Shown in pieces: positions 1-8,865 of a stretch of DNA of 44,582 bases. The translations under genes and the position numbers were made by a program. Numbering within the stretch: position 1 is the first letter of the stretch; every line of letters begins with the position of its first letter. The notes under the pieces are model-generated. The model was given only the letters and a program-made list of their open reading frames with translations. It ran no database searches and was not told the origin of the DNA. Source of the stretch: Mycoplasma sp. CAG:611 (GTDB taxonomy: Bacteria > Bacillota_I > Bacilli_A > RF39 > UBA660); assembly GCA_000434175.1 (NCBI GenBank), contig HF999802.1, forward strand, positions 26,618-71,199, given 5' to 3'.

Positions 1-1280
1 GCAAAAATTTGACTGAAAGACCTGAAGTATCAAGATTAATTGAAGATGTTAAGAAAGGTAGAATTAAGAATGTTTTAATTTATAAATTAGATAGACTTAC
101 TAGAAGTGTTAAGGATCTAATTTATTTAATAGAACTATTTGATAAAAATAATTGTACTTTTAATTCTCAAACAGAAAAAATAGATACTTCTAATGCTGTT
201 GGAAGAATGTTTGTTAAGATTATTGGAATATTTGCAGAATTTGAAAGAGAAAATTTAGCCGAAAGAGTAACATTTGGATATGAACAAAAAACTAAAGAAG
301 GTAATTATACTAATTGTAATGGAGTATTTGGTTATGATTATATAGTTGGAAAGGGTAAATTAAAACTAAATAAAGGTGAAGCCTTATACGTAAAGAAAAT
401 ATATAACTGGTATTTAGAAGGCGAATCTATGCTTAAAATTGCTAAAAAATTAAAAGACTTAAATGTTCCTACTAAAAGAGGAGGGCATTGGAATCAGTCA
501 ACTATTTATTCAATACTTACCAATCCTCTTTATATTGGCAATGTAAGATATGGTGTAGGAAGAAAAAATAGTTTTGAAGTTAGTGGTAAAAATATAGTAC
601 CAATAATTTCTCCAGAACTATTTAATAATGTTAGTAATTTAATGAAGAAAAGAAAAAAATTTCATAATAAAAAATATTCTTCTGATGATACTTATTACTT
701 TAGAGTATTAAGGTGTAGTTTATGTGGGAGAGGGTATCACGCTAGACAGCAACTGCAAAGCGGTAAAAAATACATTACTTATCAGTGTAATGGACATAAC
801 AATAATAGTTGTAATGCACCTGGATTTTCCCATATAAAAATAGAAAATGCTTTTATAAATTATTTAGATAATATTAAAGATTTAGAATTTGATAAAAGTA
901 TTTTAAAGAAAGAAAAAGATAATACAGATAATAATACTTTAGAACTACAAGAACAAATAGATAAATTGAATAATAAGAAAAAAGAAACTTTAAAATTATT
1001 TACTACAGATGAAATAGATTATGAAACATTTAACGAAATAAAGAATGTAATAAATGAAAAATTAGAAGTTTTAAATAATGAATTAAATAGTTTTAATAAA
1101 GAAAATAATCAAGAAGATTTAACAAATGTAGAAGTTATAAAAGAGGTTATTGTTAACTTAAATAACAATTTTCTTCACCTTGATAATCATGAAAAAAAGA
1201 TGTTTCTAGAAAGATTTGTTAAAGAAATAAAAGTAAGAAAGGAAGGCAATGATGTGATAATTGATGAGGTAATATTTTAA
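1..1280 (+). CDS. Large serine recombinase, 5' end cut by the window edge
   Basis: The frame is open to base 3. Resolvase-domain motifs are present (VLIYKLDRLTRS, GIFAEFERENLAERV), then a recombinase domain (GGHWNQSTIYSILTNPLYIGN), a Cys-rich zinc-ribbon region (CSLCG...YQCNGH...C) and a coiled-coil tail. The catalytic Ser region lies upstream of the window. Confidence 0.85.
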   Translation, partial: KNLTERPEVSRLIEDVKKGRIKNVLIYKLDRLTRSVKDLIYLIELFDKNNCTFNSQTEKIDTSNAVGRMFVKIIGIFAEFERENLAERVTFGYEQKTKEGNYTNCNGVFGYDYIVGKGKLKLNKGEALYVKKIYNWYLEGESMLKIAKKLKDLNVPTKRGGHWNQSTIYSILTNPLYIGNVRYGVGRKNSFEVSGKNIVPIISPELFNNVSNLMKKRKKFHNKKYSSDDTYYFRVLRCSLCGRGYHARQQLQSGKKYITYQCNGHNNNSCNAPGFSHIKIENAFINYLDNIKDLEFDKSILKKEKDNTDNNTLELQEQIDKLNNKKKETLKLFTTDEIDYETFNEIKNVINEKLEVLNNELNSFNKENNQEDLTNVEVIKEVIVNLNNNFLHLDNHEKKMFLERFVKEIKVRKEGNDVIIDEVIF

Positions 1281-1283
1281 ATG

Positions 1284-1307
1284 GCTCACTTAAAAGTGAG
1301 CTTTTTT
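1284..1307 (+). terminator. Rho-independent terminator after the recombinase gene
   Basis: Hairpin gctcactt/aagtgagc followed by TTTTTT. Confidence 0.6.
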
Positions 1308-1362
1308 GTATGCAATAATTTAATTTAAAAGGGAGATGATTTAATGAAAACATTTAAAGGAA

Positions 1363-1887
1363 GTGTTTATCATAGATAAATATGTTTTGGTATATGCTTA
1401 TGTGCCAGAGCAATTTTTATCTAGAAAAGATTTATCTTACTTAGATAAACTTATTTATATTAGAATAGTAGGATTTTGTAGAAATAACAATTATAATAAT
1501 ACTTGTTTTGCTAGTAATGGGTATTTTGCTAATTTATTTGGAGTTAAACCAAAAGCAATATCTGTAACTATTAAGAAACTAAAAGATTTAAGATTAATAA
1601 ATGTTAAATATATTAAAAATGAAAATTTAGTTAAACAAAGAAGTATTACTCTAACAAGTAATGTATGGAAAGGGATAAGTAATGGTGCAGTAGTTAATAA
1701 GGAAGAAGATGTTCCTTATATGAAGGAATATAATAATAAGATAAATAATAATAAAGAAATATATAATAAAATTATATCTTATGATACTGATGGAGTAATG
1801 CTTTGGAATGATAAAAGATGTGAATCAGTACCGCCAACCAAAGAAGAGCAAAAAGAAATGGAAGATTTATTAAGTGAATTTAAGTAA
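1363..1887 (+). CDS. Winged-HTH protein of a mobile-element type (replication/regulatory-like)
   Basis: GTG start. The segment FASNGYFANLFGVKPKAISVTIKKLKDLRLINV resembles HTH/DnaD-N-like MGE proteins. No enzymatic motif was seen. Confidence 0.4.
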   Translation: MFIIDKYVLVYAYVPEQFLSRKDLSYLDKLIYIRIVGFCRNNNYNNTCFASNGYFANLFGVKPKAISVTIKKLKDLRLINVKYIKNENLVKQRSITLTSNVWKGISNGAVVNKEEDVPYMKEYNNKINNNKEIYNKIISYDTDGVMLWNDKRCESVPPTKEEQKEMEDLLSEFK

Positions 1888-1931
1888 TTTGACAAATGAA
1901 TAAAAAAGCAATAAAATTAAATAAAGAATAG

Positions 1932-1976
1932 AAAGTGCTAGTACAGACTTTATATGTTTTGTGCTGGCACTTTTTT
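1932..1976 (+). terminator. Rho-independent terminator
   Basis: A 13-bp stem aaagtgctagtac/gtgctggcacttt (2 G-U pairs) followed by a T-run. Confidence 0.6.
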
Positions 1977-2373
1977 CTTTGATGAAAGAGAGGTGTTCAT
2001 AAAAATATAATATGTCCTTATTCATCCATAGTTTTTACTAGTATGGTAGTAAGTTGGATTGTTCTATGGATTGAATTTTACTAGGAAAATAAAGGATAAA
2101 AAAAGAGTTATGGATGAATTCTTCCATAATTTAATGTCAATTTTGCAAGTGCAAAATAAGATTTGATAGCATTATAAGGCTATATAATATAAGCATTTAT
2201 ATATAGTAGTGCTATCATTCCCCTTATCCTGCTTAAAAATAATCTTTAAAAAAAGAAAGAAAAGGTGATGTGTATCGGGTTATTCCCTAAAAGAAAGGAA
2301 AGTTATTATTGTTAAAAATTAGATTAATTATATTATGTAAGGAGTTATTTATAGTTTAAGATAGGTAATTTAT

Positions 2374-2904
2374 TTGAGAGAACAAATTATCTTAAGTTAC
2401 CAAAACTTAATATATAAAATATTATCTCATTATAGAATTTTATATAATTATAATAAAGATTTTGAAGAAGACTATTTTCATGAAGGAATAATAGCATTAA
2501 CTTTAGCTTATGATACTTATAAAGATGATTGTAATATTAAGTTTATTACTTATGCATCAAGATGTATTCATAATAGATATAAAGATATATTTAAAAAGAA
2601 ATCATTTAATGAAGAACCATTAGATTTACAAATAAAAGATGATTTATATTTATTAGATATTATTCCATCAAAAGAAGAAAAGATTCTTGATATGTTAATA
2701 AGAAAAGAAACAAAAGAAGAGTTAGAAAAATTTTTGAATAATTTAAGTAATGATGATAACTTTATTATATGTAGTTTATATGGTATTAAAACTAAAAAAA
2801 TAACTCAAAAGAATTTAGCAAAGATACTTAATTGTACTCAAAGTTGTATTGCTAAAAAACATAATAAAATATTAAATCTAATTAAAGAGGATCTGAAATA
2901 TTAA
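2374..2904 (+). CDS. Element-encoded sigma-70 family sigma factor (small; regions 2 and 4)
   Basis: Region 2-like segment HEGIIALTLAYDTYKDDCNIKFITYASRCIHNRY and region 4 HTH ITQKNLAKILNCTQSCIAKKHNKIL. The TTG start has a weak RBS, so the start is uncertain. Confidence 0.65.
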   Translation: MREQIILSYQNLIYKILSHYRILYNYNKDFEEDYFHEGIIALTLAYDTYKDDCNIKFITYASRCIHNRYKDIFKKKSFNEEPLDLQIKDDLYLLDIIPSKEEKILDMLIRKETKEELEKFLNNLSNDDNFIICSLYGIKTKKITQKNLAKILNCTQSCIAKKHNKILNLIKEDLKY

Positions 2905-3074
2905 ATCAGGTTCTTTTTTAACAGTTTAATTTAAAAAGTTTTATTTATAATATTAGTTATAAAAAAACGAAATTCACGTTTAACTTAGATTTTAAAATAA
3001 AATCCTTAAATAAAAATGAAAGTAGTTTGTAAATGTCAATCTTTAATTTTATTTAAAATTTTTCAAATAGGGGG

Positions 3075-3102
3075 TTGACTATGTGGCAAAATATGGTAAA
3101 AT
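3075..3102 (+). promoter_or_regulatory. SigA-type promoter of the cargo operon
   Basis: TTGACT (3075-3080), a 16-nt spacer, then an extended -10 TGgTAAAAT (TAAAAT at 3097-3102). Confidence 0.6.
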
Positions 3103-3146
3103 ACTATTTAAATTACTTAGGAGGATGGTGGCATGAAAACATTAAC

Positions 3147-3284
3147 ATGAAAACATTAACAAATATGATATTTAAATGTTTCTTTAAAGAGAATTGCATT
3201 AACAGCCTAAATATTGTTAGTGCTATTTGCTCATGCTTTAATTTCTGCCTAAATTTAAAATTATGTCTTGTCGGCGCATGTTAA
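3147..3284 (+). CDS. Candidate 45-aa Cys-rich hydrophobic peptide in the operon leader (coding status uncertain)
   Basis: MKTLTNMIFKCFFKENCINSLNIVSAICSCFNFCLNLKLCLVGAC has 7 Cys. The AGGAGG at 3119-3124 serves the upstream duplicated ATG at 3133, which reads MKTLT-stop. That TGA overlaps this ATG as ATGA. Confidence 0.3.
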   Translation: MKTLTNMIFKCFFKENCINSLNIVSAICSCFNFCLNLKLCLVGAC

Positions 3285-3311
3285 ACGTAAAAGTTTTGCG
3301 CTGGCTTTTTT
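3269..3311 (+). terminator. Intrinsic terminator/attenuator between the leader and the Rel/SpoT gene
   Basis: A 9-bp stem gtcggcgca/tgcgctggc (2 G-U pairs) with an 18-nt loop, followed by 7 T. It sits 17 nt before the GTG start at 3328. Confidence 0.7.
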
Positions 3312-3327
3312 TATTGGAGGTGTTTAA

Positions 3328-4767
3328 GTGAATAATATTACATTACAAGATTTATTAAATAAGCTAAATGAATATAATCCTAACGAAATTGAAATTGTAA
3401 AAAAAGCATATGAATATGCAGCAAATTTGCACTCAGGTCAAACAAGGCAAAGTGGAGAACCATATATATGTCATCCATTAAATGTTGCTTATATACTCGC
3501 TGAAATGCATGCGGATAGAGATACAATATGTGCAGGATTATTACATGACACATTAGAAGATACTAATACTACTAAAGAAGACATATCACATGACTTTAAT
3601 CAAAATATTGCTAATTTAGTAGACGGAGTAACCAAATTATCTAAAATGAATTTCTCATCTAAGCAAGATCAAAATTATGCTAATACTAGAAAAATAATAA
3701 CAGGAATAACAGAAGATGTTAGAATAATAATTATTAAACTTGCTGATAGACTTCATAATATGAGAACACTACAATTTAAGTCTGAATTTAAACAAAAGGA
3801 AAATTCTATTGAAACAATGGAAATATTTGTACCTTTAGCTTATTATATTGGAGCATATAGAATTAAATCAGAATTAGAAGATTTATCATTAAAGTATCTT
3901 AAACCAGATATGTATAGACAAATAGAAGAACGTAAGATAAAATTAGAACAAACTAGTAGTTATTGTTTAACTGAAATGTTATCTAAAATAGAGCATTTAT
4001 TAAAAGATAACAACATACCTAATGAAATAAAGGTAAGAACTAAGAATATTTATGGTATATATAAAAGATTAAGTGAAGGTCATAAATTATCTGATATTCA
4101 TGATTTATTAGCACTAAAAATTATGGTTGATAATGTTGAAAATTGCTATAGAACACTGGGAATGATTCATAGTGAGTATCATCCAATAAATGATAAATTT
4201 AAAGATTATATATGTAATCCCAAAACAAATATGTATAGAAGCTTACATACAACAGTATTTGGACCTGATGATAAACTAGTACAGACTCAAATTAGAACAT
4301 TTGATATGGATAGAGTAGCGTCATTTGGCTTAACTGCATACTGGGATGAACAAAAAGGTAAAGCTAGAGATGTAATGCAAGAAGACTTAAAACAAAAATT
4401 TCAATTTTTTAAGTCATTAACAGAAATCAATTCTATGTTTGGTGATAATCAACAATTTGTTAAACAAGTAAAAAGTGAATTATTTGCTGATAAGGTTTAT
4501 GTATATACGACTAAGGGAGATATAATAGAACTTCCTAGAGGTTCTACACCAATAGATTTCGCATATAAAATTCATACTGACATAGGAAACACTATGGTAG
4601 GGGTATTTGTTAATGATGAATATGTCCCAATAGATTATATCTTACAAAATAAAGATAGAGTTAGAATAGTAATTGATGATTTATCATATGGTCCAAGAGA
4701 AGATTGGATTAATAAAGCACAAACAAGTTTAGCAAAAAGGAAAATAAAGGAATTTAATAAAAAATAA
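3328..4767 (+). CDS. Rel/SpoT homolog (HD hydrolase + synthetase-like + TGS domains) lacking the C-terminal regulatory half
   Basis: HD motifs HSGQTRQSGEPYICHP and LLHDTLEDT are present, along with LADRLHNMRTL. The synthetase region reads RTKNIYGIYKRL, DLLALKIMV and YRSLHTTV. The TGS domain reads VYVYTTKGDIIELPRGSTPIDFAYKIH. The protein ends about where helical/ZFD/ACT domains begin in full-length Rel. Confidence 0.85.
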   Translation: MNNITLQDLLNKLNEYNPNEIEIVKKAYEYAANLHSGQTRQSGEPYICHPLNVAYILAEMHADRDTICAGLLHDTLEDTNTTKEDISHDFNQNIANLVDGVTKLSKMNFSSKQDQNYANTRKIITGITEDVRIIIIKLADRLHNMRTLQFKSEFKQKENSIETMEIFVPLAYYIGAYRIKSELEDLSLKYLKPDMYRQIEERKIKLEQTSSYCLTEMLSKIEHLLKDNNIPNEIKVRTKNIYGIYKRLSEGHKLSDIHDLLALKIMVDNVENCYRTLGMIHSEYHPINDKFKDYICNPKTNMYRSLHTTVFGPDDKLVQTQIRTFDMDRVASFGLTAYWDEQKGKARDVMQEDLKQKFQFFKSLTEINSMFGDNQQFVKQVKSELFADKVYVYTTKGDIIELPRGSTPIDFAYKIHTDIGNTMVGVFVNDEYVPIDYILQNKDRVRIVIDDLSYGPREDWINKAQTSLAKRKIKEFNKK

Positions 4768-4819
4768 TATTCCAAATTAAAGAAATATATTAAAAAATAA
4801 GAAAGTAAGGTGTTTAAAT

Positions 4820-7003
4820 GTGATTGAAAAAAAAGAAATAAAAAATATTGATTGCAATATAGAAAATGTTTTTAATTATCCAGAAATGTATATAGATTTA
4901 ATTAATAAACAAAAAGGTTTAGTAAAAATTGATAAGAAAAAATACACAGGAAAATCATTGGTATTAGTTATGTTTACATCAGTGTGCGATGTCGGCTGCC
5001 CGTTCTGTTGCTTTAAAGCTTTATCTTCTGCGACTAAGAAAAATATTAAGAATCAATTTACTCCTGAAGGTGTTAATAAATTTATTGAGTTTGCTAATAA
5101 AGCAAATGTTGGATATTTGCAAATATCTGGTGGAGGAGAGCCTTTCTTGGAAAAAGAAGCGTTATTAAAAAGTATTGAAAAAATAAATGCTGATAGGATA
5201 ATTTTAGTTACCGGAGGGGTATGGGCATATAATAGAGAAAAAGCAGAAAAATACTTAGATGAAATAAACCAAGCTATCAAAAAAAGAAAGAAGAAAGCAC
5301 GTATTTCTATTAGATTAAGCATTAGTCAATGCCATAGTATTAAATTAAAACATTATCCACTAGAAAATTTAATTAATATATTTGAAACTAAATATAGAGA
5401 TAATAAAAACTTTACATTACAAATAAAAACATTTAAAGATGATCCAACGTTAGAAAATAATCTAAAGACAATGGGTAGAAAATTTAAAATTGAAAAACTT
5501 CAGCCTAATAAATCTGATGATGACAAAATCATTAAGATAATGCCTTGGAAATCAAAATTAATACTTGACTCTGGATTTGAAATAGTAATTGGAATATCAA
5601 GGGTTTTCTATCCATCATTCAGACCAAATCTACATAATAATAAGTCATTTATGAAAATGGTGGAACTATATGATATAGATTTAGATAAATCACAAAATTA
5701 TTTTCCGTCACGTGCGTATAACTCTAAAGGTTATTTTGGTTTAGATTGGCTTGTAGAATATAATGGTAACATTAGTACATGGCAAAATAGCATTCAGGAC
5801 GATCAATTGAATATCTATGAAGATAATTATAAAACATCATTAAATCATACATTAGCAAATTTAATAACAAGATCATGCATTGACAATGGCTCAAAATATA
5901 GAGAAAAAATTGTATCAGAAATATCACCGAAAACGGTTATGCTGATGAAAGCCAATGGGATTAGAGATTATGCAAGTTCAATCCTCTTTGCTGATGCAAA
6001 GATAAGACTTTATGCTTATATTAGAATATTACAAGATTACGTAAAACAAGGACTTGTAAATGAAAAATTAATAGAAAATATGCCAGCTAGTATACAAAAA
6101 TTAATAAAATCACCTAAAAGTGTAATAAAAAAATATTATTTAAAGTCTAATACTTCGATATTAGCTCAAGAATTAAGTGCAGAGCCAGATAGAGATAAGT
6201 ACAAAGATTTCTTAGAATTAGTTAAATTAGGACATTTTGAAATGTCTAAACAAGATATTCAAACAGCAGTCGCATATTATAATATGTTTTTTCCGGATAA
6301 AAGAATAGCCAAAATAGAAGACTTTGTTAACGATAATAAAAATATGGATTTTAGGTTAAGGGATAGACTCTCTCCGATGAAAAAATTAAAAGATTTGAAT
6401 AATAAAGTAAATAATAAAAAGGAAATTTATATTTTTAGACATGGAGAAACTAATTGGAATGTTGAAAATAAAATTAGAGGAACATTTGAAGACACATCTT
6501 TAAAATTTACTGATAAAGGATTAAAACAGATTGATAAAATAGCATTAGCATTAGAGAAAAATAAAATTGAATATATTTATTCATCAGATCTTATTAGAAC
6601 TAGGAAAACGGTTGAGCTAGCTAATAAAGATTTTAAAATACCGGTGTCTTTTCATAAAGAATTAAGAGCTTGGAATGTTGGAAAATATCAAGGTAAACCA
6701 CTTTCTAATTTTTTAAATAGTCATGAAGGCAAAGAAGCTATTACAGATTACAATAAAGTTGTAACTGATGGTGAAAGTATTAATCAAGTTAGAGAAAGAT
6801 TAATGTATTTCTTAGAAAAATATGTAGTTAATTGTCCTTATGAAAGGGTTGCAATAATTACACATGGAGCCACAATGAGTAATTTAAAATCAGAAATAGA
6901 TGGTGAACAATATATTGATATTGATTATTGCAAAATAGTGTATGAAAATAAAAAGTTTAAATTGGTTGAAAGTAAAATTAGTGAAACTGATTTCGCAAAA
7001 TAA
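4820..7003 (+). CDS. Fusion protein: N-terminal radical-SAM domain, unassigned middle region, C-terminal histidine phosphatase (PGM-family) domain
   Basis: The CX3CX2C motif CDVGCPFC and SGGGEPFL mark the radical-SAM domain. The C-terminus has IYIFRHGETNWN (RHG motif) and a second catalytic His in IITHGAT. GTG start with an AAGGTG RBS. Confidence 0.8.
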   Translation: MIEKKEIKNIDCNIENVFNYPEMYIDLINKQKGLVKIDKKKYTGKSLVLVMFTSVCDVGCPFCCFKALSSATKKNIKNQFTPEGVNKFIEFANKANVGYLQISGGGEPFLEKEALLKSIEKINADRIILVTGGVWAYNREKAEKYLDEINQAIKKRKKKARISIRLSISQCHSIKLKHYPLENLINIFETKYRDNKNFTLQIKTFKDDPTLENNLKTMGRKFKIEKLQPNKSDDDKIIKIMPWKSKLILDSGFEIVIGISRVFYPSFRPNLHNNKSFMKMVELYDIDLDKSQNYFPSRAYNSKGYFGLDWLVEYNGNISTWQNSIQDDQLNIYEDNYKTSLNHTLANLITRSCIDNGSKYREKIVSEISPKTVMLMKANGIRDYASSILFADAKIRLYAYIRILQDYVKQGLVNEKLIENMPASIQKLIKSPKSVIKKYYLKSNTSILAQELSAEPDRDKYKDFLELVKLGHFEMSKQDIQTAVAYYNMFFPDKRIAKIEDFVNDNKNMDFRLRDRLSPMKKLKDLNNKVNNKKEIYIFRHGETNWNVENKIRGTFEDTSLKFTDKGLKQIDKIALALEKNKIEYIYSSDLIRTRKTVELANKDFKIPVSFHKELRAWNVGKYQGKPLSNFLNSHEGKEAITDYNKVVTDGESINQVRERLMYFLEKYVVNCPYERVAIITHGATMSNLKSEIDGEQYIDIDYCKIVYENKKFKLVESKISETDFAK

Positions 7004-7018
7004 TGTAGGAGGTGTATT

Positions 7019-8860
7019 GTGGATAAGGAAATGTTATTATTAAAAGCTAAAAGAATTAATACATATAATAATAAGGAGCAAAAAGAAATCTACGATGAAG
7101 TTATAAAGAATTTTGATAAATTTAGTGAATCTGAGCAAATTGACTTACTGCTTATTATGCGTACATATTTTTTAAAACAAGCAACTTTAGTAGAAAAAAG
7201 AGAATATGTTAAGAAAGTTGTTATAAGTATTAAAAAGCAATCAAACTTTATAGCACAAATCATTGAGTTATCATCAATAATTTATAAGTATACTACTAAA
7301 TCATTGCAGAATGAAATATTTGATGCTGTCTTTTTGGTTAACGATATGAAGCCTAGAAAACTTGTTGCTATATTATATTTTATAAAAAATACACATCGTG
7401 TTTATAATAAAAAACAATTTGATATAAGTAGAAAGAAGATAGAAGAAATCACAAAAGAAGCACCAGAATATTTAACTGACGCAATTACAAGTTTAAATAA
7501 CGATATTAGTAAAGATTTCAAGAAAAAAGGAAAATATTTATTCTTAATACCAGAATTTTTAAATGGCACGACTTTTGTTCAACCACCTTTAGCTTTAATG
7601 AATTGTGCAACTTATTTGAAAAATGACTTTTCTATAGATGTTGATATTCTTGATAATAGAATTTATAATTATCCATTAAAAGATTTACTTAATATTATAC
7701 GTAATTATAAAAAAGGAATAGTAATTTGTTCTTCTACGATTGACCAAGTACATAATTATTTTGTTGATTATCGTTATGTTATTTTTACAAAGTACGTAAA
7801 AACTATTAAAGGTAAATTTAATAATATACCGATTATCATATGTGGTGGGCAGGGCACTGTGAGGCCAGATATCGTCTTTAACGATTGTAATCCTGATTAT
7901 ATATTAAAAGGGGAATTTGATATTCAATTAGCTAATGTAATTAGAAATATGGATAAAAATGTTCCAATTGAAAATCTTCCAAATATTATTTATAAAGAGA
8001 AGAAGAAAATAATTAAAACAAGAGAGGATTTGAATGAACAACATCCAGTTGAATGGTGTAAATATGTACCTAATTATAATTTGATTCATTTAGAATGTTA
8101 TTTTGGCTATAGATATTATGATAATATGCCGGTAAGAAAATTGCACTGGAGTGTTGTTCAAGCAAGTAGAGGGTGTCCATTTAATTGCGCTTTCTGTTAC
8201 AATTTTTTTGCTAAAAGTGTTCGCTTTAGAAAAATAGATTCGGTAATAGCCGAATTAAAAGAAATACAAGAACGTGGGATTGAAGAAATATTCTTCTTAG
8301 ATCAAAATTTTATACTTGATAAAAAATATGCACAAAATTTATGCAAAGCCATGATAAATACTAAAATTCGAATCAAATGGCAATGCCAGATTTGTGTAAA
8401 TTCAATAGACTATGATACACTTAGTGTTATGAAAAAGGCGGGGTGTCAATTAATTTGGTTAGGTATTGAAAGTTTTGATGAAAATGTTCGCAAAATTAAT
8501 AATAAGAATTATTCTAATGAGCAATTATTAAAAGCAGTAGTTGCAATTAAAAATGCAGGAATTAATTACAATGGATTCTTTATGCTTGGTATGATGGGGG
8601 ATACTAATGAATCAATGGGAAAAACAGTTGAGTTAATAAAAAAACACAAAATAAATCTTACCAAAAGCATATTAATATGTACTCCTAGATTTGATACACA
8701 AATGTATCAAGAAACTGTTAAACAATTGGGAACAGAAATTGATAGTTTTTTAAAACTTGATTCGTATAAAGGAAGTATTAATAATAATGTAACTGAATCT
8801 GATATTAGTTATTATTTAGGAGAATTATTAAAAATGTCTAATGACAAAAAAGGAGAGTGA
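7019..8860 (+). CDS. B12-binding-domain radical-SAM enzyme with an N-terminal extension of about 170 aa
   Basis: A Rossmann-like B12-binding-type region (LFLIPEF...PPLALMNCATYL...ILDNR) precedes SRGCPFNCAFCYN (CX3CX2C). GTG start 6 nt after GGAGG. Confidence 0.75.
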   Translation: MDKEMLLLKAKRINTYNNKEQKEIYDEVIKNFDKFSESEQIDLLLIMRTYFLKQATLVEKREYVKKVVISIKKQSNFIAQIIELSSIIYKYTTKSLQNEIFDAVFLVNDMKPRKLVAILYFIKNTHRVYNKKQFDISRKKIEEITKEAPEYLTDAITSLNNDISKDFKKKGKYLFLIPEFLNGTTFVQPPLALMNCATYLKNDFSIDVDILDNRIYNYPLKDLLNIIRNYKKGIVICSSTIDQVHNYFVDYRYVIFTKYVKTIKGKFNNIPIIICGGQGTVRPDIVFNDCNPDYILKGEFDIQLANVIRNMDKNVPIENLPNIIYKEKKKIIKTREDLNEQHPVEWCKYVPNYNLIHLECYFGYRYYDNMPVRKLHWSVVQASRGCPFNCAFCYNFFAKSVRFRKIDSVIAELKEIQERGIEEIFFLDQNFILDKKYAQNLCKAMINTKIRIKWQCQICVNSIDYDTLSVMKKAGCQLIWLGIESFDENVRKINNKNYSNEQLLKAVVAIKNAGINYNGFFMLGMMGDTNESMGKTVELIKKHKINLTKSILICTPRFDTQMYQETVKQLGTEIDSFLKLDSYKGSINNNVTESDISYYLGELLKMSNDKKGE

Positions 8861-8865
8861 TATAA

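Noticed and set aside
3075-3284. The full 69-aa ORF from the six-frame track (TTG start at 3075).
   Set aside because: Its TTG start is the -35 hexamer TTGACT of a good promoter, so the first 24 codons are upstream of or at the transcription start. Only the part from the ATG at 3147 (or the mini-ORF at 3133) could be translated.
5053-5322. An 89-aa minus-strand ORF inside the radical-SAM/phosphatase gene.
   Set aside because: It is antisense to a well-supported gene, has no RBS and has low-complexity hydrophobic composition. The same reasoning applies to 8838-9074, 9363-9662, 19684-19881, 20343-20540, 23247-23552, 25592-25777, 26728-26958 and 31395-31589.
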